61,938 bases of DNA from an uncultured Planctomycetia bacterium (GCA_964629655.1 CAZVQU010000003.1:83613-145550), one strand, 5' to 3'. Numbered from the stretch's first letter, positions 35,695 to 46,368 are shown. Made by a program: numbers and translations. The notes: generated by a model not told the origin, from the sequence alone.

Positions 35695-37206
35695 ATGGCA
35701 AAAAAAGAAATTTCGTTTAATAAAATAAATCCTACCTTAGGGCAATTTCGAAAACTGTCACAAAGGAATAACTTAATTGTTTTCTCATGTAAGTTTTTCT
35801 CAGATTGCCATACCCCTCTTTCCGTCTATCGTAGTCTTGAAAAAACTATCAAGGGGGAGAGTTTTCTTCTGGAATCAGTAGAGGGCCAAGAGAAGATATG
35901 CCGCTTTTCATTCTTAGGTTTTGAGCCGATAGTCACATTTAAAAGCAAGGGCAAGCGAATTCATATTAAGAATAAAAGGTCGCGTTCCTTCTTAACCAAA
36001 AAAGACCCTTGTCTAGAGTTAAAGAGAATAATGAGTCAATACAAGGTTGCCCCTAAGGAAAATTTGCGTTTTTTTGGGGGCTTTGTGGGTTACCTTGGCT
36101 ATGATGTTATCAGATTTTATGAACCAATAGGTAAGGATTTACCCGATTCTTTAAATACCTACGATTCCTACTTTGTTCTTCCCAAGTTTTTGGTAATTTT
36201 TGACCATTTGATGAAGCAGATCGAAGTTCTTTCTTTCGTTGTTGTAGATACTAAGGCAGTATTAGACAAGCTTTACGCTCAAGAGCGAGAGATCCTGGTT
36301 AAGACTTGCAAGAAAATTACTACTCCCTACCGATTGCCGGATTTATTGTTTAAGCCGTCTAAACTCAGGATGGAGTCTAATTTTGAGAAAAAGGATTTTC
36401 TCACTGCCGTTAAGAAGGCCAAGAAATATATAAAAGAGGGAGAGATGATCCAAACTGTTATCTCTCAGAGGTTCTCTGCTAAGTTTGAAGAGGACCCATT
36501 TATGGCTTACAGGTACCTAAGGATACTTAATCCTTCTCCCTACATGTTCTATTTGAATTTCGAGAAGACGAAAATTGCTGGTTCTTCGCCGGAAATGCTT
36601 TTGCGGTGCGAACACAATGAACTAATTACTCGACCTATTGCTGGTACTAGAAAAAGAGGTAAAGATGAGGCCGAAGATAAAAAATTGGAGAAGTCTTTGT
36701 TGGGCGATCCCAAGGAAAAGGCTGAGCATATTATGTTAGTTGACTTAGCTCGGAATGATTTAGGGAGGATTGCTGAGAAAGCGACGGTTAACGTTTCTAC
36801 CTTTATGAATGTCGAGATGTTTTCTCATGTAATGCATATTGTTAGCGAGGTAAGAGCAAGATTGAGTCGTAAAGAAAATATCTTTTCTTCTCTGATAAGT
36901 TGCTTTCCGGCCGGAACAGTTAGTGGAGCGCCTAAAGTACGGGCAATGCAGATAATTAATGAGCTGGAACCGGAAAAGAGGGGCATTTATGCCGGCTCAG
37001 TAGGATATTTTTCCTTCACAAAGAGCCTAGATACGTGTATAATAATCAGAACAATAGTGTTTAAGGGTAATCGAGCCTATATCCAAGCTGGAGCAGGTAT
37101 AGTGGCTGATTCGGTTCCTGAGAGTGAGTATAAGGAAACAGTTAGCAAAGCAAAGGCTCAAATGTTAGCTCTTGAGCTGGCGGTTGGGTCTTCTGGGAAA
37201 AAATAG
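35695..37206 (+). CDS. trpE: anthranilate synthase component I (chorismate-binding enzyme)
   Basis: 'SPEMLLR', 'IAGTRKRG', 'DPKEKAEHIMLVDLARND', 'GAPKVRAMQII' and 'GAGIVADS'. A PabB assignment cannot be excluded. Confidence 0.7.
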   Translation: MAKKEISFNKINPTLGQFRKLSQRNNLIVFSCKFFSDCHTPLSVYRSLEKTIKGESFLLESVEGQEKICRFSFLGFEPIVTFKSKGKRIHIKNKRSRSFLTKKDPCLELKRIMSQYKVAPKENLRFFGGFVGYLGYDVIRFYEPIGKDLPDSLNTYDSYFVLPKFLVIFDHLMKQIEVLSFVVVDTKAVLDKLYAQEREILVKTCKKITTPYRLPDLLFKPSKLRMESNFEKKDFLTAVKKAKKYIKEGEMIQTVISQRFSAKFEEDPFMAYRYLRILNPSPYMFYLNFEKTKIAGSSPEMLLRCEHNELITRPIAGTRKRGKDEAEDKKLEKSLLGDPKEKAEHIMLVDLARNDLGRIAEKATVNVSTFMNVEMFSHVMHIVSEVRARLSRKENIFSSLISCFPAGTVSGAPKVRAMQIINELEPEKRGIYAGSVGYFSFTKSLDTCIIIRTIVFKGNRAYIQAGAGIVADSVPESEYKETVSKAKAQMLALELAVGSSGKK

Positions 37207-37223
37207 CTTATTTTTAAAGGAAA

Positions 37224-37568
37224 GTGAAGATGTATAGGAAAATATGTTTTTTAATGATTATTTTTCAACTGTGCTCTCTCCTGGTATACGCTCGAGATTA
37301 CAACCCGTTAAGTAAGTTTGCCCGGGGTGTAATTAATGCTTCTATGGGGTGGGTAGAAATACCACGGCAAATGGTTAAGGTGAAAGAAGCAGAAAACCAT
37401 GAGCTAAGCGGGGAACTTGCCGGAGTAACCTGGGGACCCCTTAAAGGGTTTGCCTATTTTTTAGGAAGAGCAATTGTTGGATCGTACGAGGTAGTGACTT
37501 TTCTTATTCCGACCTATAAACCTTTGATAAGGCCGGAATATATTTTTGCTGATGATTATGATGAGTAG
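37224..37568 (+). CDS. small secreted protein, possibly TIGR04073 exosortase-associated family
   Basis: Signal peptide and 'LSKFARGVINASMGWVEIPRQM', as I recall for that family. Confidence 0.4.
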   Translation: MKMYRKICFLMIIFQLCSLLVYARDYNPLSKFARGVINASMGWVEIPRQMVKVKEAENHELSGELAGVTWGPLKGFAYFLGRAIVGSYEVVTFLIPTYKPLIRPEYIFADDYDE

Positions 37569-37579
37569 GAGGAAAAAAT

Positions 37580-37843
37580 ATGCTTAAAATTCGACTACGT
37601 AGGCCAGGAAAATCTGTTAAAAGAAGGTATCACTATAAGATTGTGGTATCTGAAGCAAAGAGCGCACGGGAATCAAAATTTGTCGCTCAGCTGGGGTATT
37701 ATGATCCTTCGCGCAAGCTTTTGAAGTTTGAGATTTCAGAATATGAAACTTGGATAAAAAAAGGCGCAAAGCCAACTGAGACCGTCGCTACTTTGTTTAA
37801 GAGATACAAAAAGAAAAGCTTAGCCACACAGGCTAAATCCTAG
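37580..37843 (+). CDS. rpsP: 30S ribosomal protein S16
   Basis: 'MLKIRLRRPGKSVKRRYHYKIVV...LGYYDP'. Confidence 0.9.
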   Translation: MLKIRLRRPGKSVKRRYHYKIVVSEAKSARESKFVAQLGYYDPSRKLLKFEISEYETWIKKGAKPTETVATLFKRYKKKSLATQAKS

Positions 37844-37889
37844 AGAGGAATCCTAAACCCTAAATAAATCCCAAAATAAGGAGGTTAAG

Positions 37890-38168
37890 ATGCAAGCAGC
37901 CCCTAACGCAGGAATTTTAAATTTCATACCATTAATTTTTATTTTTCTTGTTTTCTACTTCTTAATCATAAGGCCCCAACAAAAAAAACAAAAAGAACAT
38001 CAGGCAATGATTGCAGATTTGAAAAAGAATGATGAGATTGTTACTACCGGAGGTATCTACGGAACGATTGTTAATGTGAAAGAGAAGGCCTTCGTTGTCA
38101 GAGTTGATGAGAATACAAAGATAGAGATTGAGAAGAATTCAATCGCTCATGTACGGAAAGCTCGATAA
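37890..38168 (+). CDS. yajC: preprotein translocase subunit YajC
   Basis: A TM helix, then 'RPQQKKQKEHQAM...L.KNDEIVTTGGIYGTIV'. Confidence 0.85.
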   Translation: MQAAPNAGILNFIPLIFIFLVFYFLIIRPQQKKQKEHQAMIADLKKNDEIVTTGGIYGTIVNVKEKAFVVRVDENTKIEIEKNSIAHVRKAR

Positions 38169-40327
38169 TGATTAAACGCGCAGATCTAAAATTAAGAAGC
38201 ATTATTATCTTAGGGTTAGTAGCTTTCAGTATTTTCTACGTTTTTCCTTTAGAGAAGAATATAAATTTAGGGCTCGATTTAAAAGGTGGGATGTATGTTT
38301 TGCTGCGAGCCGACACCTCAACTATTTCTGCCGAAAAAATTCCTGATGCAATCGGAGCAGCAGTAGAGAAGATACGTACTCGAATTGATGCCTATGGAGT
38401 TAAAGAAACTTCCATCCAGGTGCAGGGTAATAATTCCATTCTGGTTCAGGTTCCCGGCGTTATCGATCGAGGAATAATCGATCGGCTGAAAGAGGTTGGA
38501 AAGTTAGAGTTTAAATTAGTCGAGAGCGATACCGAAAAGATATCTCAAGCCAGAGCCGGGGGAGTACCCGAAGGGTACGAGCTTAAAGAGTACGAGGATA
38601 ATCAGCTATTGCTTCATAAAGAGCCGGTTATGATGGGCTCTGACCTTTCCGAAAGCTACCTAGGATTCAATGCCTATGGCGGTTCTGAGCCAACATTAAG
38701 CTTTACCCCTGAAGGTTCACGAAAGTTTGCCAAGGTTACTGAAGATAAGGTCGGAGAAGTTCTGGCAATTGTCCTGGACGGAACAGTCAAGAGTGCTCCG
38801 AGAATTGATGAGCCTATATTAAGCGGCGAAGCTCGGATCAGAGGGGATTTTTCTCTCGATGACGCTAGGCTAATCGTAACAGTATTAAACTCCGGTGCCC
38901 TGCCAATTCCTTTGATAGTTCAAGAGGAGAGGAGTGTTGGTCCGCTCCTAGGTTCTGACTCTATAGATAGAGGGGTAAAATCTATAATACTTGGCGCAGC
39001 TTTAGTGATAGGTTTTGTTCTGGTGTATTATCTTCTCGGCGGTGTTATTACAGTTATATGCCTTATTTTAGATCTTTTATTTATCTTGGCTGGATTGCAA
39101 CTGTTTAAAGGTACCTTAACTCTGCCTGGCATTGCCGGTATGATTTTGACTCTTGGCATGGCTGTAGATGCCAATGTTTTGATATTTGAACGAATAAGGG
39201 AGGAGCTAAAGCTACATAAACCCTTAAGCATTGCTATCAAAAACGGTTTTAATCGGGCTAAGAGGACAATTATCGATGCCAATATCACCACTCTTATTGC
39301 TGCGCTATTTCTTTTTATCTATGGAACCGGCCCAATAAAAGGCTTTGCAACCACTCTTTCCTTGGGAATCATAGCCAGTATATTTACTTCAGTATTCATC
39401 GGGCGAACAATCTTTTCTTTCCTTCTAGATTTAAAGCTAAGAAGCTTGGCAATGCTCTCGTTGGTATCAGCTCCTAAGATTAACTTCGTAAAACTTAAAG
39501 GCTTTTGTATTGTTCTTTCTTTGATTGCCGTGGTAGTAGGTCTATTTAACTTTTATTCTCGAGGTGATGATGTTTATGGCATAGACTTTAAAGGTGGGCA
39601 GATGCTTGAGTATCAGATTAGCCCTCCGGCTGATACTGAAGTTTTAAGGGATGTTTTAAAGAAAGAGGGTTTTAGTGAGGTAGCTATCCAGGAATTTAAG
39701 GATATTTCCGGAGGGATAAGTATTAAAAGCGCTTCGGACGTCGCTTCAGAAATTGATCAGGTTCTGAAAAAGAACTTTGAAAATGTTCAAGAGTTAAAGG
39801 CAACTACCGTTGGTCCGGCTGTAGGTAAGATTTTGAAAAAAAAGGCTTATTTAGCAATAGCCCTATCTCTTCTAGGTATACTTATTTATGTAGGCTTAAG
39901 GTTTAAACACTTTGATTTTGCTTTTGCGGCTGTAGTTGCTCTTTTTCATGATGTCCTTATTAGCCTAGGCGCGCTTTGTTTTGCCGGATATGAGGTTAAT
40001 CTTCTGACTGTGACTGCATTGTTGACCATTGCCGGTTATTCGATAAACGATACTATAGTTATTTATGATCGTATACGCGAGACCTCTCCACGCCTGAGAA
40101 AAGTATCTTTAAGCGAGATCATTAATTTAGCTATAAACAGTACACTTTCAAGAACGATTATCACATCACTGACTACTTTGATGGTGGTTGTTTCGATTTT
40201 TTCATTAGGTGGAGAAATTCTAAAGGGTTTTTCTTTTACGCTTTTAGTAGGTATTATTGCCGGTACCTACTCATCAATCTATATAGCTGCTCCCTTAGTT
40301 CTCCTTTTTAGAAAGTCTCGTGTTTAA
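38168..40327 (+). CDS. secDF: fused protein-export membrane protein SecDF
   Basis: 719 aa. The SecD periplasmic domain and 6 TM helices are followed by a SecF-like half ('GIDFKGG', 'SINDTIVIYDRIRE'). Confidence 0.85.
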   Translation: MIKRADLKLRSIIILGLVAFSIFYVFPLEKNINLGLDLKGGMYVLLRADTSTISAEKIPDAIGAAVEKIRTRIDAYGVKETSIQVQGNNSILVQVPGVIDRGIIDRLKEVGKLEFKLVESDTEKISQARAGGVPEGYELKEYEDNQLLLHKEPVMMGSDLSESYLGFNAYGGSEPTLSFTPEGSRKFAKVTEDKVGEVLAIVLDGTVKSAPRIDEPILSGEARIRGDFSLDDARLIVTVLNSGALPIPLIVQEERSVGPLLGSDSIDRGVKSIILGAALVIGFVLVYYLLGGVITVICLILDLLFILAGLQLFKGTLTLPGIAGMILTLGMAVDANVLIFERIREELKLHKPLSIAIKNGFNRAKRTIIDANITTLIAALFLFIYGTGPIKGFATTLSLGIIASIFTSVFIGRTIFSFLLDLKLRSLAMLSLVSAPKINFVKLKGFCIVLSLIAVVVGLFNFYSRGDDVYGIDFKGGQMLEYQISPPADTEVLRDVLKKEGFSEVAIQEFKDISGGISIKSASDVASEIDQVLKKNFENVQELKATTVGPAVGKILKKKAYLAIALSLLGILIYVGLRFKHFDFAFAAVVALFHDVLISLGALCFAGYEVNLLTVTALLTIAGYSINDTIVIYDRIRETSPRLRKVSLSEIINLAINSTLSRTIITSLTTLMVVVSIFSLGGEILKGFSFTLLVGIIAGTYSSIYIAAPLVLLFRKSRV

Positions 40328-42215
40328 AACACTAAAAATCTATAGGCATAAAGAATTGCCTCTTAAGCACGCTATTGGCGAGCTTATTTCCCTAGGCTAT
40401 CGTCGCGTCGATGCAGCGGTTGAGGAAGGGGATTTTGCTCTCACCGGGGATAGCTTAGAGCTTTACCCGGTAAATTTTAACTTCCCCTTGAGAGTTGAAT
40501 GGGAATTTGAAACTATAGCAAAGATTTACAGCTTCGATAAGGCGCTTAACAGAAAGATAATTGATTACGATCTTTTAATTGTTATCCCTCATCTGAAGAA
40601 AGCTAAGCGATATACCTCAGAAGACCTTCCTCTTGATGCAGTTTTGCGGATAAAAAAAGGTGATTACGTTGTCCATAGTCGTTACGGAATCGGTAAGTTT
40701 TGTGGAGTAAAGTTACTGGCTGTTAGAGAGAAAGAAGATTATTACTTTGAGATAGAGTATGACAAGAAAGATAAGCTTTATGTTTCAAAGGAAGACGCTC
40801 ATCTTGTCCAGAAATACACTGGCTTTTCCCTGAAGCGGCCGCGCCTCTCACGTTTAGGCTCAAAGGAATGGACGCGAATAAAGGAAAAAGTTCAAAAAGG
40901 GATAAAGGCTTTTGCCTTAGAGATATTGAAGATGGAAGCCCAGAGAAAGGTAATAGGAGGATTCAAGTATATACCGGACAGTCAGTGGCAGAGGAAATTT
41001 GAGAAGAGTTTTCCTTATAAGGAGACCGAAGATCAGGTAAAGTCAACTGCTGAAGTCAAGGTTGATATGCAAGAGGCTGGGTGTATGGACAGAATTATCT
41101 GTGGCGATGTTGGTTACGGTAAGACTGAAGTTGCCATGCGGGCTACTTTTAAAGGAGTTGAGAGTGGTAAACAGGTGGCATTTTTAGTACCAACTACGAT
41201 ACTTGCCTATCAGCACTATACCAATTTAGTCAAAAGGTTGAAGGACTTTCCTTTTTATGTCGAGATGCTCTCGCGTTTTAGGACTAAGCATGAACAAAAT
41301 GAGATTTTAAAGAAATTAAGCGAAGGAAAGGTTGATATCATAGTTGGTACCCACCGTCTTATATCTGATGACGTTAGTTTTAAGGATTTGGGCCTTTTAA
41401 TTATCGACGAGGAGCATAAATTCGGAGTTACCCATAAGGAAAAAATAAAAAAACTCAAAGTAAATATTGATATCCTTACTTTAACCGCAACGCCTATCCC
41501 GCGCACTCTTTATATGGGCTTAATTGGATTAAGAGGTATATCGATGATACGGACACCGCCTAAAGAAAGGATAGCAGTTAAGACTAAAGTCATCGAGTAT
41601 AATGTCAATAATCTAGCAGAGATAATAGTTAAAGAGCTAAAACGCGGCGGACAAGTTTTCTTTATTCATAACCGGATTGAAACCATTGAAGGAATTGAGC
41701 GGTCACTACGAAGGGTTTTGCCCAAAGAGGTAAGGATAGGTCTTGTTCATGGAAGGCTCCCTACGCAGGCAATGGAAAAGGTTATGATGGATTTTATTAA
41801 CCAAAGAATCGATTGCCTGTTTTCAACAGCTATTGTTGAATCCGGTATAGATATCCCAACGGCTAATACAATAATCATTAATGATGCCCATAGATTTGGC
41901 TTAGCAGATTTACATCAGCTAAGAGGCCGGGTAGGTAGGTTTAACCTACAGGCATTCGCTTACTTAATAATCCCCAGTGCGCGTGCAATTCCTCAAGACG
42001 CTGCTAAGCGGCTGGAACATATTTGTGAATTTTCGCATCTTGGTGCCGGTTTTGAAGTTGCGATGACTGATTTGGAATTACGAGGTGCCGGAAATATTTT
42101 AGGCAAAGAACAACATGGTTTTGTTTGGATGGTAGGCTTTGATTTGTATTGCCGCCTGCTTAAAAAAGAGATAGAATATCTAAAGCTTGCGTTCAAGATC
42201 GGCGTTGGCTCTTAA
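40320..42215 (+). CDS. mfd: transcription-repair coupling factor, shortened form
   Basis: CarD-like 'KKGDYVVHSRYGIGKFCGV'. Helicase motifs are 'GDVGYGKTEVA', 'DEEH', 'LTATPIPRT' and 'QLRGRVGR'. It is only 631 aa. Confidence 0.75.
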   Translation: MFKTLKIYRHKELPLKHAIGELISLGYRRVDAAVEEGDFALTGDSLELYPVNFNFPLRVEWEFETIAKIYSFDKALNRKIIDYDLLIVIPHLKKAKRYTSEDLPLDAVLRIKKGDYVVHSRYGIGKFCGVKLLAVREKEDYYFEIEYDKKDKLYVSKEDAHLVQKYTGFSLKRPRLSRLGSKEWTRIKEKVQKGIKAFALEILKMEAQRKVIGGFKYIPDSQWQRKFEKSFPYKETEDQVKSTAEVKVDMQEAGCMDRIICGDVGYGKTEVAMRATFKGVESGKQVAFLVPTTILAYQHYTNLVKRLKDFPFYVEMLSRFRTKHEQNEILKKLSEGKVDIIVGTHRLISDDVSFKDLGLLIIDEEHKFGVTHKEKIKKLKVNIDILTLTATPIPRTLYMGLIGLRGISMIRTPPKERIAVKTKVIEYNVNNLAEIIVKELKRGGQVFFIHNRIETIEGIERSLRRVLPKEVRIGLVHGRLPTQAMEKVMMDFINQRIDCLFSTAIVESGIDIPTANTIIINDAHRFGLADLHQLRGRVGRFNLQAFAYLIIPSARAIPQDAAKRLEHICEFSHLGAGFEVAMTDLELRGAGNILGKEQHGFVWMVGFDLYCRLLKKEIEYLKLAFKIGVGS

Positions 42216-42239
42216 AAACACCTACAAGGAGGGGCAGTT

Positions 42240-43136
42240 ATGAGACCGAAGGTTTTTTTAGTTATTGCGTCATTAATCTTTTCCTTTAACGTCTGTGGCG
42301 AAGAAGTAAGTAAGATAATTGTTAAGGTAAACAATCACATTATTACTTCTCGGGATTTGGACGAGTACTGTAAAATTCTTTCTTATCGGTTTTTTAGCGA
42401 TAATAACCAGAGAATCTCGGTTGACGATAAGGAGTTTAAAGCTGAAGCTTTGGAGAGATTAATTGAAGATATCCTTATTTTAGATAAAGCTAAACAAGAG
42501 GGTATGAGAATTGTCCCTTTCCGCGTAGAGAGCAAAGTCGAACAGCTAGTCTCTTCTCATCCCACCCGTGAAGATTTTGAAGAATCGCTAACCAAGAAAG
42601 GACTTACCATCGCTCTTTTACGAAGAAAAATTGAAGACCAATACCTGCTAAGAGACATTGTTGATAAACACGTAAGGTCTTGGGTGAGCGTTTTGCCTAA
42701 AGAGATAAGCAGTTATTATTCTAAGCATCCCGAGGAGTTTTACCCGCCCCTTAGCTACGTTGTTTATATTGCAAAGTCAACTGAGGCGAGTGTCGTGGGG
42801 AAAATATCTAATCTTATTGAAGAAGAGGGTATCATCAAAGCCGTAGCTCAATATGACGATATGTTGATAAAATTAGAAGTAAATAAGGATGAGTTGAAGC
42901 CAGGCATATCCGAAATTATTGATGGTTTAGGGGTTAAAGAACATAAAATTAAAAAAGTCGGTGACTTATTCCATCTGATTTTTTTAGAAGAGAAAGTTTT
43001 ACCGGAGCAACTTCCCCTGGAAACGGTAAAACAAGCAATTCATGACTACCTCTGGGATGTCAAATTTAGAGAGAAGTTTAATCAATGGGTAGGCCAGCTG
43101 AGGGAGGACGCAATAGTAAAGAATTACTATGAGTAG
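42240..43136 (+). CDS. SurA-N-terminal-like periplasmic chaperone
   Basis: Signal peptide and 'IIVKVNNHIITSRDLDE', typical of a SurA N-domain. I saw no clear parvulin motif. It lies upstream of pdxA-rsmA, as in the surA-pdxA-ksgA arrangement. Confidence 0.5.
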   Translation: MRPKVFLVIASLIFSFNVCGEEVSKIIVKVNNHIITSRDLDEYCKILSYRFFSDNNQRISVDDKEFKAEALERLIEDILILDKAKQEGMRIVPFRVESKVEQLVSSHPTREDFEESLTKKGLTIALLRRKIEDQYLLRDIVDKHVRSWVSVLPKEISSYYSKHPEEFYPPLSYVVYIAKSTEASVVGKISNLIEEEGIIKAVAQYDDMLIKLEVNKDELKPGISEIIDGLGVKEHKIKKVGDLFHLIFLEEKVLPEQLPLETVKQAIHDYLWDVKFREKFNQWVGQLREDAIVKNYYE

Positions 43137-44058
43137 AAAGAAGTTTGTTATTAGTTCCGGAGATCCCGCCGGCTGTGGTCCGTTTATCACCTTAAAGGCT
43201 ATTGAGAGTATCGATACGAATAAACTCGAATTCTTTGTGGTTGGTGATCAGAAGATATTTCAAAAATTGCCAATTTATAAGAAAGTAAAAAATAGAATTA
43301 ATTTCATCGATTTAGATACTCCTGGTATTCAGGGAGTCAAAAAAGGAAAATCTTCTCGCCTGAGCGGGAAAGCCAGTTTAAGTTATCTTAATAAGGCTTT
43401 AGAGTTAATAAGCAAGGAGAAGATAAAACGCCTTGTTACCGCTCCCTTATCCAAAGAAGCAGTAAGTTCTGTTTTAGGAAAGTTTAGCGGTCATACTGAA
43501 TATCTAGCCGATTATTTTAAGGTCAACAATTTTGCCATGATGATGGTGTCATCTTCGCTAAAGGTAGTTATGGCAACCAGGCATATTAGTTTAAGAAAGG
43601 TATCATCTTCTTTACTTAAGGAAGATATCTACAATTTGCTTTCTTTGACCTATAGATCTTTACAAGTCCAATTTAAGCTAAAGCACCCTCGAATTGCTTT
43701 TTGTGCAGTGAATCCTCACGCTGGGGTGAATACTTTTATTGGGGATGAGGAGAATAAAATTCTTCAAGCAAAGAAGAAGTTTAAAAAATTAACCTTTGGA
43801 CCCTACCCAGCTGATACTATTTTTACTAGGGATAGTCTAAAGCAATATGATTGCATTATCTCTGCTTATCATGACCAAGCAATGATTCCCTTTAAGTTGC
43901 TTTCTTTTCATAGCGGAGTAAATCTGACTTTAGGCCTACCAATTGTAAGGACTTCGCCGGCTCATGGTGTAGCCTACGATATAGTAAGGAAAGGGCAAAC
44001 GGCCTTTCATTCTTCTATGCTTGAGGCAATTAAGCTAGCATCAAAATTATCCCGATGA
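43129..44058 (+). CDS. pdxA: 4-hydroxythreonine-4-phosphate dehydrogenase
   Basis: 'SGDPAGCGP', 'GHTEYLA', 'NPHAG' and 'YHDQAMIPFK'. Confidence 0.85.
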   Translation: MSRKKFVISSGDPAGCGPFITLKAIESIDTNKLEFFVVGDQKIFQKLPIYKKVKNRINFIDLDTPGIQGVKKGKSSRLSGKASLSYLNKALELISKEKIKRLVTAPLSKEAVSSVLGKFSGHTEYLADYFKVNNFAMMMVSSSLKVVMATRHISLRKVSSSLLKEDIYNLLSLTYRSLQVQFKLKHPRIAFCAVNPHAGVNTFIGDEENKILQAKKKFKKLTFGPYPADTIFTRDSLKQYDCIISAYHDQAMIPFKLLSFHSGVNLTLGLPIVRTSPAHGVAYDIVRKGQTAFHSSMLEAIKLASKLSR

Positions 44059-44831
44059 AACAGTTGCGCGCATTTGGTCAGGTATTTCTCGCCGATACCG
44101 AATGTATCCACAAGATTTTCGATAGTTTAAACATTAAGGATAAACAGGTTTTAGAGATCGGCCCTGGTAAGGGAGCAATTAGTGAGCTTTTGGCCGAGGG
44201 GGCAAAGAATCTTTATTGTATTGAGGTTGATCGGCGCTTCTGTGATTTTTTAAGAAGAAAATTCCGTAAAAAAAATAATGTTAAGATTATCCACGCTGAT
44301 ATTCTGAAGTTTCCGCTCCCGGAGTTAGGGGAGAAAATAACTGTATTTGGTAACGTGCCATATCAGATAAGCAGTAAACTAGTCAAACATCTCATTAATT
44401 ATCGAAAGTATATCGAGATAGCTTACTTTACCTTTCAGAAGGAATTTGTTCAAAAGATGACAGCTAGTCCGTCTGGTGACAATTATAGCTTCCTAAGTTG
44501 TTATGCCCAGTATTACGCAAAGGTAGAGAGCATCTTCGATATCAAAGCTTCAGCCTTTGATCCAACACCTAAAGTTGACTCTACATTTTCTAAAATTAAT
44601 TTTTACAGTAAGCCTCAACATAAGGTTAAGGATGAAGATTTTCTTTTTAAAGTTATCCGCAAGGCCTTTTCTTCGCGTCGGAAGAAGATAGTAAATGCTT
44701 TAAGTTTATCGAAGAGTAGTAAGAGTTTTTTTGAATCAGCTGGTCTAAATTTGAATTTACGGCCGGAGAATCTTTCTTTAAAAGACTACGTATCTATTGC
44801 TAATCAGCTTTACCAGGAGGGTTCTTTTTGA
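44055..44831 (+). CDS. rsmA: 16S rRNA (adenine1518/1519-N6)-dimethyltransferase
   Basis: 'FGQVFL', 'EIGPGKGAIS' and 'GNVPYQISS'. Confidence 0.85.
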   Translation: MKQLRAFGQVFLADTECIHKIFDSLNIKDKQVLEIGPGKGAISELLAEGAKNLYCIEVDRRFCDFLRRKFRKKNNVKIIHADILKFPLPELGEKITVFGNVPYQISSKLVKHLINYRKYIEIAYFTFQKEFVQKMTASPSGDNYSFLSCYAQYYAKVESIFDIKASAFDPTPKVDSTFSKINFYSKPQHKVKDEDFLFKVIRKAFSSRRKKIVNALSLSKSSKSFFESAGLNLNLRPENLSLKDYVSIANQLYQEGSF

Positions 44832-44848
44832 TATAATCTAGTAAATAT

Positions 44849-46363
44849 ATGAAGAATACCCCTTTAGCCCATCATCGGCCTCAATGGAGGACTCATATTG
44901 GATTCGTGCTTGCTACTGTCGGCTCAGCTATTGGATTAGGAAATATCTGGCGCTTTTCTTATCTTTGTTATAAGAACGGCGGCGGAGCATTTCTTCTGCC
45001 ATACCTTATAGCCTTGGCTATTGTTGGAATTCCCTTAATGATTTTGGAAATTGGCCTTGGGCATAAGATGCGTGGTTCTGCCCCAGCTTCCTTTGCCAGT
45101 ATTTCTAAGAAGTGGGAGTGGCTAGGGTGGTGGCAGGTTATATTTGTAATGTTTGGAATAGTCCTGTATTATTCGGTAATCATCTCGTGGTGTCTCAATT
45201 TCTTTTTCTTTTCTTTTAATCTTTCCTGGGGCCAAAATCCGGCTCAGTTTTTTGAAAATTCATTTTTGATGAAAAGTAGTTCTCCTTTTCAAATTGGTCA
45301 GGTAAGAACCCCGATATTATTTTCTTTGGCGATTGTGTGGTTTCTTAATTGGTTAATTGTTTTTGGCGGAGTAAGGAAGGGCCTGGAACGTGCCAATAAG
45401 ATTTTTATGCCCTTGTTATTTCTTTTGACCGGAATTATTGTTTTTTGGGGCTTGAGCCTTCCGGGGGCAAAAGAGGGTATTATGGTTTACCTTAAGCCGG
45501 ATTTTAACCGGCTCAGTGATATTGGTGTCTGGATGGATGCATTCAGCCAGATATTTTTTACTTTAAGTTTAGGATTTGGCATTATGATTGCCTATGCATC
45601 TTACCTGCCTAAGAAGACTGAAATCGTAAGAGACTCTTTAATCATCAGTGGAGTTAACTGCCTATTCTCATTATTTGCCGGATTTGGAGTCTTTGCAGTT
45701 TTAGGTTATATGGCGGTTACAACTTCTCAGCCGGTTGATAAGGTTGTCTCAGAGTCTATAGGTTTAGCCTTTGTAGTCTTTCCTAAGGCAATAGAGCTTC
45801 TGCCGGCTTTCCCAAAACTCTTTGGCGCTTTATTCTTCGGAAGTTTAGTTATTGCCGGTTTATCTTCCTCGATATCTATAATTGAGGCTTTTACCTCAGG
45901 TTTGGTTGATAAATTCCACTATCGTCGTAAAGCCGTAGTCTCAGTATTGTGTATCAGCGGATTCATTGGCGGAATTATTTTTACTACCCAGGGTGGAATT
46001 TGCTGGCTAGACATAGTTGATCATTTTCTTACTCAATACGGATTAGTTTTAGCTGCCATATTTGAGTGTATTATTATCGGTTGGGTCTATAAGGCTAAAA
46101 AGCTAACTCAGCATATAAACCATTATAGCAGCTGGGCTGTTGGAAGATGGTGGAAATTTTGCATAAAGGTTGTGACTCCAGTAGTTTTATTGGCAATTTT
46201 TATTTCTTCTTTGGTTGGGGAGATCAGCGCTGCTTATGGTGGCTATTCGCGTTTAGCAATAGTCTTAATCGGCCGAGATTGGCTTGTTTATACTCTTTTT
46301 CTTGCGGTTCTTGTTGCTTCACATCCTTGGAAAATTGAACCTCGCGAAAGAATGCTTACCTAA
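44849..46363 (+). CDS. sodium-dependent transporter, SNF (neurotransmitter:sodium symporter) family
   Basis: 'GSAIGLGNIWRFSYLCYKNGGGAFLLPY' is the hallmark motif; about 12 TM helices. Confidence 0.85.
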   Translation: MKNTPLAHHRPQWRTHIGFVLATVGSAIGLGNIWRFSYLCYKNGGGAFLLPYLIALAIVGIPLMILEIGLGHKMRGSAPASFASISKKWEWLGWWQVIFVMFGIVLYYSVIISWCLNFFFFSFNLSWGQNPAQFFENSFLMKSSSPFQIGQVRTPILFSLAIVWFLNWLIVFGGVRKGLERANKIFMPLLFLLTGIIVFWGLSLPGAKEGIMVYLKPDFNRLSDIGVWMDAFSQIFFTLSLGFGIMIAYASYLPKKTEIVRDSLIISGVNCLFSLFAGFGVFAVLGYMAVTTSQPVDKVVSESIGLAFVVFPKAIELLPAFPKLFGALFFGSLVIAGLSSSISIIEAFTSGLVDKFHYRRKAVVSVLCISGFIGGIIFTTQGGICWLDIVDHFLTQYGLVLAAIFECIIIGWVYKAKKLTQHINHYSSWAVGRWWKFCIKVVTPVVLLAIFISSLVGEISAAYGGYSRLAIVLIGRDWLVYTLFLAVLVASHPWKIEPRERMLT

Positions 46364-46368
46364 AAATA

